Below the pieces are notes generated by a model. The model was not told where the DNA came from. It did no database searches and saw only the letters and a list, made by a program, of their open reading frames with translations. A DNA stretch of 64,000 bases, from the sequence record PZ402305.1. The stretch is one strand, 5' to 3'. Origin of the DNA: a phage. The position numbers and the translations under genes are program-made. Positions within the stretch are counted from its first letter, which is position 1, and the number at the start of each line of letters is the position of its first letter. This document shows positions 1 to 9,477 of this stretch, piece by piece.

Positions 1-2076
1 GTGGCAAAGAAAAAGGCAGCAGGTAGTTTAGCTGGAGTAGATATTGAAGTAAAGGCTCAACCAGGTAAACAGACTCTTGCAATGGATTTAATGCCAGAAG
101 TTATGATTTATGGTGGTGCCGCTGGATGTGTTTCGGCTGAAACGGAATATCTTACAAAAGATGGTTGGAGGCAGATTAGTGAATATTCGGGAGAGGATAT
201 TTACCAATACAATCCTAAGAATAAGCGTTTAGAATTGGTAACACCTTATTTTGTAGAATATGATTTAAATGGAGATAACCTATACAGAATAACAAATGGT
301 GTAGGATTGTTCCAAGAACTTAGTATGGAACACCGTTTTGTATTCTATAAGAAAAAGAAATCAAAGAAACATTTCGAGATTCTTGTAGGAGATCTTATTG
401 CATTACAGCAAATAGGAAAACCCCTGCAAGGTTATGTAGAAAATCCATTCGGTAAACGTGTTCCTTTTAACATACCTGGTAAAAAGAGCACTTACTTAAA
501 AATACACGAGGTTATTTCAACAGATGATAAGAAATATTGTTTTGAGACTCCAAGCAGCTATATTGTCTTTAGACGTGGCGATCACTGCTTCGTTACTGGG
601 AATAGCGGCAAGTCTCGTCTGCTATTGCTGAAAGCTTTAAAATACGCCTATAAAGACCCTTTGTTTGGTGGAATACTTTTCCGTAAGAACACCACTGCTC
701 ACCGTAAACCAGGTGGTCTGTTTACAGAAGCAAAACGTTTGTATCTTCCTTTACAACCACACGTAAAAGAAAGTACAATGGATATCATTTTTGAAGCCAC
801 TGGTGGTGGAACCCTCAAATTTGACCATTTGGAAAATGATAACGTAACAGCAGAAACAAACCATCAGGGTACACAGTATTCAATGGTAGGTTTTGACGAG
901 TTAACCCACTTCACACAATATGAAATGCTCTATCTTCTGGGACGTATGCGTTCAGAGTCAGAAACAAGTTTCATGTTGTGCACATGTAACCCTGACGCAG
1001 ATAGTTGGGTTTTGAATTGGGTGTTACCTTATCTTGATGAGGGTGGTTATCCTAGAGAAGATATGTGTGGTAAACAAAAATATTTCATCATTGTTAACGA
1101 TGAACCTGTTTTTGCTGACACACCTGAAGAACTGAAAGAAAAATATCCAGAAAACTGTTTCATGGAAAACCCTAATACAGGGGAGACAGTTGTTATTGAA
1201 CCACAAACTTTCGTATTTATTGGTGGGACAATATTTGATAACCCAGAACTCATTAGGCTTAACCCTAATTACTTAGCACAGCTTAAATCACAAACAGCGA
1301 TCAAAAGAGCACAGCTTCTGGACGGTTGTTGGTTTGCACGTATCCAGAAAGAATCTTTCTTTCAACGTGAATGGTTACATAAAATATCTTATAAAGATGT
1401 TCCTAACAATCTTAAACTAATGCGAGCATGGGATAAAGCGGTTTCAGTTCCTACAGAAACTTACCGTTATCCAGACTATACAACATCTGTCAAAATGGGT
1501 AAAGACCAAGATGGAAATATCTACATCTTTGGCGACTATGATTATGATGCTGTGGATGAGAAAAGTAAAATTTTCGGAAGGTTTCGAAGACTACCTGGGG
1601 AAAGGGATAACCTGATTCTAAATCAATGTAAGATTGATGGACCAGAAGTTACAGTAGTGCTTCCTAAAGACCCATCTGGTGCTGGGACAATAGAATACAC
1701 AGAGTCTGCAAAGAAACTTATTCTAGAGGGTTTTGTTGTTAAACCAGATGCTATGCCAGGTAACAAGAAAAAGCTTCAGCGTTTTATGCCTTTTAGTAGT
1801 GCGTGTCAAAACGGCTTTGTTTATATTGTTGAAGATTCTTTCCCTAATGTGGAAACTTTAACCCACTTTTATAAAGAATTGGAATCTTTCAATGGTGAAA
1901 GATCTACAGCCACTATTAAAGATGACATTCCCGATGCTGCTGCCTCTTGTTTTAATACTCTGTCAAAAGAGAATACTTTCAAAGCAGTAGCAATCCCTAC
2001 AACAACAAATGCTCCTACAGGATACAGTAGAATGAACAGCGGATTTCATCAACCGTATAGTGTCCGTAAAAGATAA
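1..2076 (+). CDS. terL: Large terminase subunit, interrupted by a mini-intein; 5' end may lie upstream of the window
   Basis: 691-aa ORF directly upstream of the portal gene; removing residues 43-201 rebuilds a Walker A P-loop GGAAG|SGKS; ORF begins at window position 1 with GTG. Confidence 0.75.
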   Translation: MAKKKAAGSLAGVDIEVKAQPGKQTLAMDLMPEVMIYGGAAGCVSAETEYLTKDGWRQISEYSGEDIYQYNPKNKRLELVTPYFVEYDLNGDNLYRITNGVGLFQELSMEHRFVFYKKKKSKKHFEILVGDLIALQQIGKPLQGYVENPFGKRVPFNIPGKKSTYLKIHEVISTDDKKYCFETPSSYIVFRRGDHCFVTGNSGKSRLLLLKALKYAYKDPLFGGILFRKNTTAHRKPGGLFTEAKRLYLPLQPHVKESTMDIIFEATGGGTLKFDHLENDNVTAETNHQGTQYSMVGFDELTHFTQYEMLYLLGRMRSESETSFMLCTCNPDADSWVLNWVLPYLDEGGYPREDMCGKQKYFIIVNDEPVFADTPEELKEKYPENCFMENPNTGETVVIEPQTFVFIGGTIFDNPELIRLNPNYLAQLKSQTAIKRAQLLDGCWFARIQKESFFQREWLHKISYKDVPNNLKLMRAWDKAVSVPTETYRYPDYTTSVKMGKDQDGNIYIFGDYDYDAVDEKSKIFGRFRRLPGERDNLILNQCKIDGPEVTVVLPKDPSGAGTIEYTESAKKLILEGFVVKPDAMPGNKKKLQRFMPFSSACQNGFVYIVEDSFPNVETLTHFYKELESFNGERSTATIKDDIPDAAASCFNTLSKENTFKAVAIPTTTNAPTGYSRMNSGFHQPYSVRKR
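127..603 (+). other. Mini-intein (159 aa) inserted in the terminase P-loop
   Basis: Insertion starts with Cys (CVSAETEY) right after GGAAG and ends ...HCFVTGN followed by Ser of SGKS; too small for a homing endonuclease domain; SxxH block-B-like motif. Confidence 0.6.
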
Positions 2077-2079
2077 TTG

Positions 2080-2108
2080 TTGACAAAAGTCACTTTAAAG
2101 TGTATTAT
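2080..2108 (+). promoter_or_regulatory. Sigma70-like promoter (TTGACA-N17-TATTAT) upstream of portal gene
   Basis: Consensus -35 hexamer at 2080-2085, 17-nt spacer, -10 at 2103-2108, in the 101-nt gap after the terminase stop. Confidence 0.5.
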
Positions 2109-2177
2109 AACTAGATAGGTGAGGTTGTATATAATACAGCCTTGCCTTAACGATTTTATACCTGACTGGAGGAACAA

Positions 2178-3743
2178 GTGTCAACAGGAAAAAGAACGTA
2201 CACTAAAAAGTCAGAATACTGGGACAAAGGTGCTGCAAATAAAGCTGCTCTCTCTCCAACAAAAGAGGCAGAGAAAGAGAAAACGTTACTCCTGTCACCT
2301 GAAATAGGAACGATCGGATTAAACTCAATCAAAGCATTTACGAATTTCATGCAACCTTATGAGACTCGTTTCCCAGAATGTATTCGCACTTTTAAAGAGA
2401 TGGGTGAAGACCCTGATGTAGCTACTGCTCTTGACGCTACATATATCTTTGTAGATAGAGCATTCTTTGATTTCAAGATAAAATACAATGTAAACTCGGC
2501 AAAGTCAAGAAAAGCTGCTAAGTTTATTGATTACATGCTGCGCAATATGCAAGCCCCTCTACGTCAATATGTTAGATCACTTTTGACATATAAGCAATAT
2601 GGTTTTGCATTTGCAGAGAAAGTTTATGAGTTGGATGAAGATCCTAAAAGTCCTTACTTTGGGTATTGGCGATTAACCAAACTGGCTTTTAGACCACAAG
2701 ACACTCTTTACATGGCTCAACCTTTTACATATTCGGCAGACGGACGTTCTATTCTATCTGTTAACCAGAATATCACCAATACGATGTTAGCTCCAGGCAA
2801 TACAACTTTAGAAACTGGTATTAAAGAAATTCCTTTCAGTAAAGTTTTATTTGTTGGTAGCAACATTACAGAGAATAACCCACTAGGAGTTAGTCCGCTT
2901 TTAGCTGTATATCGTAGCTGGCGTGAAAAATCTCTTATTCAGGAATTTGAGGTTATTGGGGTATCTAAAGATTTAGGTGGTATGCCAGTTCTTAAGGTTC
3001 CAAGTGACATTCTAAACAGGGCATCTTTAGATCCTGCTGGGGATGAAGCACAATCTCTTCGAGTTCTCCAAGCCAACATCGCTAACCTGCACTCTGGTGA
3101 GCAAGCCTACATGGTATTGCCTTCAGACGTTTATGAAGGCACAGTGATGCGTCAATACGATCTTGTATTCCAAGGTGTTGATGGCACGGGTAAACAGTTT
3201 GACACTCAAGCACTAATCAAACAACGCAAACTGGACATTTATAACCGCTTTGGTGCGGGTGTGTTGATTATGGGTGATGGTGATGCAGGAAGTTTTGCGC
3301 TTTCTGACAACAAACAAACACTATTGTCTCATTTTATTGAGCGAGATGTAGATATTGTTGTAGAAGCTATAAACTCTCAACTGATCCCTCAAACACTACG
3401 ACTAAACAATATCTTCCTTTCTGATGAAGATATGCCTAAGTTTGTCAGTGGTGAAATGGGTGATCCTGATATTGAAGTAAATGCTAAAGCTATTCAGCAG
3501 TTGGTAGCCTCTGGTGCAATACCTTTAACCCCAGAAGTTATTAACGAGTTCCTTGAAAAAATTGGTTTTGAATATCGCATCCCTGACGATATTGTTGCCA
3601 ATAAAGAGAAATTCTTTGAATTCATGGATAACTATATGCCTGACAAAACTTCACGATCAGGAGATGGTTTAGCTACAGCGGGAACTGGAACATCTGACAC
3701 TGTTTCTGCTTTAGATCCTTCAGCACAAAACCTGTCGAATTAA
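2178..3743 (+). CDS. Portal protein (putative)
   Basis: 521-aa ORF immediately downstream of terminase; GTG start preceded by GGAGG RBS; size and position typical of portal. Confidence 0.65.
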   Translation: MSTGKRTYTKKSEYWDKGAANKAALSPTKEAEKEKTLLLSPEIGTIGLNSIKAFTNFMQPYETRFPECIRTFKEMGEDPDVATALDATYIFVDRAFFDFKIKYNVNSAKSRKAAKFIDYMLRNMQAPLRQYVRSLLTYKQYGFAFAEKVYELDEDPKSPYFGYWRLTKLAFRPQDTLYMAQPFTYSADGRSILSVNQNITNTMLAPGNTTLETGIKEIPFSKVLFVGSNITENNPLGVSPLLAVYRSWREKSLIQEFEVIGVSKDLGGMPVLKVPSDILNRASLDPAGDEAQSLRVLQANIANLHSGEQAYMVLPSDVYEGTVMRQYDLVFQGVDGTGKQFDTQALIKQRKLDIYNRFGAGVLIMGDGDAGSFALSDNKQTLLSHFIERDVDIVVEAINSQLIPQTLRLNNIFLSDEDMPKFVSGEMGDPDIEVNAKAIQQLVASGAIPLTPEVINEFLEKIGFEYRIPDDIVANKEKFFEFMDNYMPDKTSRSGDGLATAGTGTSDTVSALDPSAQNLSN

Positions 3744-3771
3744 AAATATTTAATATTTTTTAATTTTTCTA

Positions 3772-3800
3772 TTGACAAAACAACAAATATCCTGTAGACT
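3772..3800 (+). promoter_or_regulatory. Sigma70-like promoter (TTGACA-N17-TAGACT) with AT-rich upstream element
   Basis: -35 at 3772-3777, -10 at 3795-3800 preceded by TG; AT-rich tract 3744-3771. Confidence 0.45.
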
Positions 3801-3836
3801 AAGATTTATGGGATATCTGTTTTTAAGAGGTTTCAA

Positions 3837-4316
3837 ATGGAACTCAATAAAGATACACTGTGGGAACTCTTCAAAACCTTCGCTGGTTTTAAAGAGAATT
3901 CTGAATCCCAACAAGATTCTATACCATCTCAAAAACCTGAAACTCTAGTCAAACAAAATAAATTTGATGAAGAAAAGATGCAGGTTATTGAGGTCTTGTA
4001 TTGTCCACCTGAAGAAGACGATCTCCACGGAGAGCGCATGTCTGATTTGGAAATCAGGAAGATGGTTGACAACTTCAATGAGAATATTACCAACATTAGT
4101 GGTAATCTTGGTCACATGAAGAACACCGATAAGTTTTCTCCAATTAAAGCTTGGGTAAATGAAGTCGATTGTTACATTGGTGACGAACTCGTTGTGGAAG
4201 GAACTCCCCTCGTTAAAATCCAATTCAACGACCCTGAATTATATCAAGCTCGTAAAGACGGCGTTCTTAAAGGTTTGAGTATAGGCGCAATGGGCGTTAA
4301 AGTCAAGAAGGACTAA
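3837..4316 (+). CDS. Hypothetical head-morphogenesis protein
   Basis: 159-aa ORF with AGAGG RBS between portal and scaffold-like gene. Confidence 0.6.
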   Translation: MELNKDTLWELFKTFAGFKENSESQQDSIPSQKPETLVKQNKFDEEKMQVIEVLYCPPEEDDLHGERMSDLEIRKMVDNFNENITNISGNLGHMKNTDKFSPIKAWVNEVDCYIGDELVVEGTPLVKIQFNDPELYQARKDGVLKGLSIGAMGVKVKKD

Positions 4317-4318
4317 TC

Positions 4319-5434
4319 GTGGCAAATACATATTTAACTAACGTAGACTTTTCTGGAAAAGCTACGGAAGAGTCACTAGGTGCTCATATTGCTTACACTT
4401 TTGATTTTCAAGGTGGAGCGGCATCTGGTTACAATACCCCCCTTTTATTTAAGTCAGACGGATCTCCAGACATAACTTTTGAAAAGTTAGAAGCTCTCAC
4501 TAAAATGGGAGAAGATGTTACAGAGTTACGTAAAAGCTATATTCAACAAGTGATGGATCGCATTTCTGAAAAAGTGCGTGAAAAATTTGAAGCTGGTTGG
4601 GATTGGGTTTACGTTATTGATGCTGACTTCGATGCGAACGTTGCAATTTTCTGTTCAGATAACGGTATGTTCTCTGTTGGCTTTAAAGTTGACGGACTGA
4701 ATGTTGAAGTTGAAGAGGTTGCTAAACCTGTTGTTCGTGTTACTGATTATCAAGTTGTTGATGGTGATGTAATGATCTCCATTGATTTCTTTGAGGACGT
4801 TTTAGACGATGCTTTGAGTAATCTCGTTAAGAGTTCCTTGAAACAAAGTCAAGTTAAAGATTATTTAGTGAAAGCTCACGCTAAAGCTAATACAAACTCT
4901 GTGGATGCAGAGGCTAACCCCGCAGGTGATAAATCTGCAAACACAACTGGAATCAATAAAGGAGAAACCCCTTTGGAAAATATCAACAAAGAAGAATTCC
5001 TGAAATCTGCTGAATTCCAAGAACTGATGAAAGCACAGATCGCTGAAGCTGTAGAAAAAGCAGCCGCAGATGCACGTGCAGCCGCAGAACTTGAAGCACA
5101 GGAAAAAATCGCTAAGGCAGAACAGGAAGCAGAAGAACTTCGTAAAGCTGAACAAGCTCGTATCGAAGAAGAATATACAACTGTTGTTAAATCCTATTCT
5201 TTCGTAGAAGAAGACAAAGTTGAAGCTCTCGTTAAATATCTGGTAGACAATAAAGATATCGCTGAAACTATCGTCAAAGCATTCGAAAAAGCACGTGCAG
5301 AAGTGGACGCAGTTAAGAAAGAATTTGGAACAGAACGTGGTGTTGACGTGATCAATACTCAACCTGTAGCTAAATCTTCTTCTGAACTGATTAGTCAGAA
5401 AGCTGCTGAACTTAAAAAAGCCCAGAAACAATAA
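4319..5434 (+). CDS. Scaffolding-like protein (putative)
   Basis: 371-aa acidic ORF with long Ala/Glu/Lys-rich coiled-coil-like C-terminal half (AEELRKAEQARIEEE); GTG start 2 nt after upstream stop; lies between portal and capsid genes. Confidence 0.5.
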   Translation: MANTYLTNVDFSGKATEESLGAHIAYTFDFQGGAASGYNTPLLFKSDGSPDITFEKLEALTKMGEDVTELRKSYIQQVMDRISEKVREKFEAGWDWVYVIDADFDANVAIFCSDNGMFSVGFKVDGLNVEVEEVAKPVVRVTDYQVVDGDVMISIDFFEDVLDDALSNLVKSSLKQSQVKDYLVKAHAKANTNSVDAEANPAGDKSANTTGINKGETPLENINKEEFLKSAEFQELMKAQIAEAVEKAAADARAAAELEAQEKIAKAEQEAEELRKAEQARIEEEYTTVVKSYSFVEEDKVEALVKYLVDNKDIAETIVKAFEKARAEVDAVKKEFGTERGVDVINTQPVAKSSSELISQKAAELKKAQKQ

Positions 5435-5453
5435 TCTTAGGAGATTAAATTAA

Positions 5454-5852
5454 ATGGCTAAAGGAATTACTTTATCTAACTCTCGCCAGGAATTCGGACA
5501 CCTGGTTCTGGGTGGAGTGTTTAGCTCTGACCTTGGACACTGTGTACGTGAAGTTAACCTGGTTAAAACAGCAACCATGAAAATTGGTTCTATCCTGAAA
5601 GCTGACAACACTGAAGCTGCTAAAGCTGAAGCTGCCGATGCTGCTAAAGTTCTGATTTGGACTGATGCTCTGTTCGGTATTGACGATGTAGCAGTAGGTG
5701 ACACTTTCACCGCAGTTGTTGGCGTACGTGATCTTACTCTGAACCGCTTTGCAGTATACTACAAAGATGGCTCCCTGGTAGATGACGCTGGCGTAGCAGC
5801 ACTGGAAACACATGATCTGAAACTGACCGAAAAAGTCGTTTTCACTTCTTAA
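5454..5852 (+). CDS. Head decoration-like / minor capsid protein (putative)
   Basis: 132-aa ORF immediately upstream of the major capsid gene; shares the RBS context TAGGAGATTAA with the capsid gene. Confidence 0.4.
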   Translation: MAKGITLSNSRQEFGHLVLGGVFSSDLGHCVREVNLVKTATMKIGSILKADNTEAAKAEAADAAKVLIWTDALFGIDDVAVGDTFTAVVGVRDLTLNRFAVYYKDGSLVDDAGVAALETHDLKLTEKVVFTS

Positions 5853-5873
5853 TTTTAATAGGAGATTAATATA

Positions 5874-6875
5874 ATGCCAGCAGTAATTTTAGATCAGGTT
5901 GTAGATTTCAGCCCTATGATCGAACTTCAGGATTCCCCTGATACACTGATTGCCAGCCTGAATCTGTTCAGTGTTGACTATCATTCAACTACCGCTATTG
6001 AAATCGGTAAAGAAAAAGCTGAAGATGCTCTGATCTCCGCTCGTGAGCGTGGTGGTGAGCGTAACTTCCTGACCATGAAAAATCCAGAACTGAAAGCGTT
6101 CCGCATTCCGTTCTTCCCTCTGGATAAAAACATCAAAGCCCAAGATATTCAATCTTTCCGTAGCTTTGCAATGGCAGGAATCAATGACTCTCTGCGCACA
6201 GACGCTGAAGTTGTTAACCGCTATATGTCCCAGATTCTGCGTGACGTAGCAAAAACCAAAGAGAAAATCTTTGCAGAAGCAGTTATGGGTCGTGCCTATA
6301 ACGGCGTAGGTGGTGCAGCTAACTCTGCATACAACTGGTATACCGAATGGGGTGCTACCCAGAAATCTGTTGCTGTAGACTTTGCTTCTACCACTGTTTC
6401 TCCAGCAGCCACTATCGAACAAGAAGCTCGTGCTTACATCATCGATACTAAACAAGATGGCTCTACCGCTACCCGTATCGTAGCTCTGTGTTCTCGTGAG
6501 TTTTTCGCATCTCTGGTTAACTCTCCATTTGTTCGCCAGGCATATCAGTATTTCCAGGGAACTCCTAACCTTCTGCGTGACCGCCTTAGCGGTAACATGG
6601 ATGTTCAGGTGTTCGAATGGAACGGTGTAACTTACATTGAAGATATCCACGGTAACATCCCTGCTGGTGAAGCATATGTTCTGCCTATGGGTATCGAAGG
6701 TATGTTCCAGGCGCACTACGCTCCTGCGGATACTCCAGAACTGGCTAACACCCAGGCTCGTGAACTGTATACCTTCATGATCAGCCAGCACCGCACTATT
6801 CAGCTTCAGTCTGAATTCTCGCTGCTCGCAGTTAACACCCGTCCAGAACTGGTAGTTAAACTGACTACGGCTTAA
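5874..6875 (+). CDS. Major capsid protein (lambda gpE-like)
   Basis: 333-aa ORF; C-terminal ...NTQAR... segment resembles lambda gpE family; strong RBS; followed by a strong intrinsic terminator. Confidence 0.7.
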   Translation: MPAVILDQVVDFSPMIELQDSPDTLIASLNLFSVDYHSTTAIEIGKEKAEDALISARERGGERNFLTMKNPELKAFRIPFFPLDKNIKAQDIQSFRSFAMAGINDSLRTDAEVVNRYMSQILRDVAKTKEKIFAEAVMGRAYNGVGGAANSAYNWYTEWGATQKSVAVDFASTTVSPAATIEQEARAYIIDTKQDGSTATRIVALCSREFFASLVNSPFVRQAYQYFQGTPNLLRDRLSGNMDVQVFEWNGVTYIEDIHGNIPAGEAYVLPMGIEGMFQAHYAPADTPELANTQARELYTFMISQHRTIQLQSEFSLLAVNTRPELVVKLTTA

Positions 6876-6895
6876 TAGAACTCTGTTAATATTAG

Positions 6896-6929
6896 AGGCT
6901 CGTCCGTGATGGGCGAGCCTTTTCTGTTT
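6896..6929 (+). terminator. Rho-independent terminator after major capsid gene
   Basis: 10-bp GC-rich stem (aggctcgtcc / gggcgagcct), 5-nt loop, then tttctgttt. Confidence 0.7.
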
Positions 6930-6959
6930 ACAATAAGAGTTTACAATGAGGAGATTGAT

Positions 6960-7304
6960 ATGTCAAACCCAGAATTGAAACGTTACTTTAGTTATCACGA
7001 AATGATTCGTGATTTCGAATCGCTTTCACCACTGATTGATGCTGATAAAACATTAGTATCTGCGCCACCAATGTCTTTCTATCTGAAAGATGGTCGTATT
7101 GCATTAGGTGGAAACTTCATTCACTTCCTCACACGTTTGAGAGAAGAAACAGGTATTCTTGTGCATCCTTTTGCAAGTGAAGAACACATGGGTTACTATC
7201 TTGTAAGTTACGAAGACTATTCGCCTGTAAAAATCAAAGAAGAAGTTTTAAAAGTAGAAGTGGTAGACACTCCAGCTAAAAAACGTTCCCTTCGTAAAAA
7301 ATAA
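6960..7304 (+). CDS. Hypothetical head-tail joining protein (start revised to ATG 6960)
   Basis: Track ORF 6906..7304 starts inside the terminator stem; in-frame ATG at 6960 has a GAGGAG RBS. Confidence 0.55.
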   Translation: MSNPELKRYFSYHEMIRDFESLSPLIDADKTLVSAPPMSFYLKDGRIALGGNFIHFLTRLREETGILVHPFASEEHMGYYLVSYEDYSPVKIKEEVLKVEVVDTPAKKRSLRKK

Positions 7305-7313
7305 GGTGGGCTT

Positions 7314-7862
7314 ATGCTGAATGCGGTAGAGTTGGCACCACTGATCCGAATTCTTGTTTATAACCCTTCTCAAGAAGTATTGCCAGATGCAATGCTGATT
7401 CAGATCATCCAAACTTGGATTGATATCATAGGGAATGAAGATAAGGATAAGTGTGCAGTATTGTGGAACAGCTTGATTTCTGTTTTAGAGTATTTATGGA
7501 ACAACGATGTTCTTAACAACAGTACTCAAACAGGAGGAGCTATGTCCCGCAGAGAAAAGATGGGTGAAGTCGAAGTTGAAGTTAAATTTAACAACGGTCA
7601 AGTCACTTATAAATCTCCGTGGGAAGATATCTATCATAACTATTTAAATGGTCTTATGGTGATCCCTGGGTGCACGGCAGGACGAGGAGCAACTAGCAAA
7701 GTTCTTATTGGCGGTGTGGATGCTCGTGAGATTGATCGAGTAAACAGCGATCCTAACTCTGTAAATGGTCTTGGTAATGTTGCAAGTGTTGATCGTAATA
7801 CACGCAACGTTAATTATTTGCGAAATTACGGACCTGTTTCTTTTTATCGTAGGGACAAATAA
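7314..7862 (+). CDS. Hypothetical neck/adaptor protein
   Basis: 182-aa ORF with AAGGTGG RBS in the head-tail connector region. Confidence 0.55.
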   Translation: MLNAVELAPLIRILVYNPSQEVLPDAMLIQIIQTWIDIIGNEDKDKCAVLWNSLISVLEYLWNNDVLNNSTQTGGAMSRREKMGEVEVEVKFNNGQVTYKSPWEDIYHNYLNGLMVIPGCTAGRGATSKVLIGGVDAREIDRVNSDPNSVNGLGNVASVDRNTRNVNYLRNYGPVSFYRRDK

Positions 7863-8350
7863 TGGAAAGTGAGATCTTACCAGGTGACGATACAGATTGG
7901 GAAACCATTATCAAAAAGATGATGGACCTTGAACAAGTTCAAATCGAAGCTGGTTTTTTAACAAACAAAAGGCATCCTGAATCAGATCTCACTATTCCTG
8001 CAATAGCAGCTATTCAACAATATGGTAATGAAACAAATAACATACCTGCTCGCCCTTTTATAACAGATGGTGCTGTTATCTCACAGAACAATATCGCTAA
8101 AAAGATGAAGCAGGTGTTTGCAAATTACTTAATGAATAATGTCGGGTTAGCTGTTTTTGAGCCTATAGCGAGAGCCTCTAGAGAAGGAATAGCTCAAGCG
8201 ATTGCAATGCAACGTTATCGTCCTTTATCTCCTGTGACAATTAAGATACGACAAGATAAAGGCAACTATTCTAATCATATCTTAATAGATACGGCACACA
8301 TGATAAATGCAATCGAAACAAAAATCACAAAAAGCAAGTCTAAAAAATAA
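7862..8350 (+). CDS. Hypothetical neck protein
   Basis: 162-aa ORF; TAATG start/stop overlap with upstream gene. Confidence 0.55.
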   Translation: MESEILPGDDTDWETIIKKMMDLEQVQIEAGFLTNKRHPESDLTIPAIAAIQQYGNETNNIPARPFITDGAVISQNNIAKKMKQVFANYLMNNVGLAVFEPIARASREGIAQAIAMQRYRPLSPVTIKIRQDKGNYSNHILIDTAHMINAIETKITKSKSKK

Positions 8351-8351
8351 C

Positions 8352-8380
8352 TTGCATAAACTTTGTTTTTGATGTATACT
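8352..8380 (+). promoter_or_regulatory. Sigma70-like promoter (TTGCAT-N17-TATACT)
   Basis: -35 at 8352-8357, -10 at 8375-8380 preceded by TG, followed by AGGAG RBS and GTG at 8396. Confidence 0.5.
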
Positions 8381-8395
8381 AAAAAGGAGATACAA

Positions 8396-8812
8396 GTGTT
8401 ACTAGATCAATTTACTCTCCTTGATCTAACTGAATACCAAGGTCGTAGACGAGTCTACAAAGAGGCCGTTGGTTCAGTTATTGCTAACTTAGAAAGTAGT
8501 GTAGAATATGAACCATTTACTATTGAAGCGGCAAGCTTACAACCGATATCTGGTAAAACACTGAATGCACTACCCGAAGGTTACAGATCTAAGGCTCAAT
8601 ATAGTTTCTGGACTAAAACAGAAATGAAGGGGTTACAACAAGGAACAGAACAGTTATCAGATCAAATATTGATAGATGGTAAATGGTATTCTGTTTATTC
8701 CCTTAAAGATTGGACCAGAACATCTTTCTTAGTCCATCATCATTGTGTTGCAATATTAGACGATCAAAACAACTCCTGGTCTTATGGAACAGAAGGAGGA
8801 AACTTTGGCTAA
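8396..8812 (+). CDS. Hypothetical tail-completion/neck protein (start revised to GTG 8396)
   Basis: Track ORF start 8363 lies inside the predicted promoter; in-frame GTG at 8396 has an AAGGAG RBS. Confidence 0.5.
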   Translation: MLLDQFTLLDLTEYQGRRRVYKEAVGSVIANLESSVEYEPFTIEAASLQPISGKTLNALPEGYRSKAQYSFWTKTEMKGLQQGTEQLSDQILIDGKWYSVYSLKDWTRTSFLVHHHCVAILDDQNNSWSYGTEGGNFG

Positions 8813-9443
8813 TATTTACCAACAAATAGAAGCATACGAAAATGCCATCTACTTAAATATAGGTGGCTTCCTTCAAGAATTAGTGGGGTTGCCAGTCTAT
8901 GTTATGGATAAGCCATTCATTAAACCGGATACTCCTTACCTAGCACTACGTATTATCACTTCCAGCGATTCTGGAGGTTGGTCTTACCGAAGCTCTATTC
9001 AAAATGATATGTATTCCTACGAGATGGATAATACCTACGAGATTGAACTTGTAGCCTATCGTGGAAGACCTACCACTTTGATGAGCTATGTTCTGGCTGC
9101 TCTCCGTGGTGCAGAGGAATTAAAATACAAACATCTCTATTCTAAAGGTCTTGGTTTTTTAGGAGCCTCCAATATAGCTCAAGCCAATACTATTGTAGAC
9201 GGAGATAAGACTGAATTAAGAGCGCGTATGGTTATGACGTTCAACACTCGTATGAGTATTGAAGATATTGCTACTACACCAATAGAAGCAATCAACATGC
9301 ACATCCGTTCATTCAGAGATAGTTACAATGATCCTATCCCTTTAGATTTAATTCTAAACAGGGTTTATGCAATTACTTTGGTTCCAGGCGAATACTCGTC
9401 AGTCAATCAAAATGGATCATTATTTAACAACCCTACCGAATAA
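8784..9443 (+). CDS. Hypothetical tail/neck protein
   Basis: 219-aa ORF overlapping upstream gene end by 29 nt; precedes sheath gene. Confidence 0.5.
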   Translation: MEQKEETLANIYQQIEAYENAIYLNIGGFLQELVGLPVYVMDKPFIKPDTPYLALRIITSSDSGGWSYRSSIQNDMYSYEMDNTYEIELVAYRGRPTTLMSYVLAALRGAEELKYKHLYSKGLGFLGASNIAQANTIVDGDKTELRARMVMTFNTRMSIEDIATTPIEAINMHIRSFRDSYNDPIPLDLILNRVYAITLVPGEYSSVNQNGSLFNNPTE

Positions 9444-9477
9444 ACTCATTGGAATTAAGTTTCTAACAGGAGCATAA

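Noticed and set aside
2119-2307. 62-aa ORF overlapping the portal promoter and start region
   Set aside because: Sits across the predicted promoter and the RBS of the portal gene in another frame; no independent support.
5985-6791. 268-aa minus-strand ORF inside the major capsid gene, and similar long antisense ORFs (4865..5431, 38219..38932, 48793..49320, 51332..51886, 52700..52975)
   Set aside because: Each lies antisense within a better-supported gene, lacks an RBS, and has Cys/Phe/Ser-rich low-complexity composition typical of shadow ORFs.
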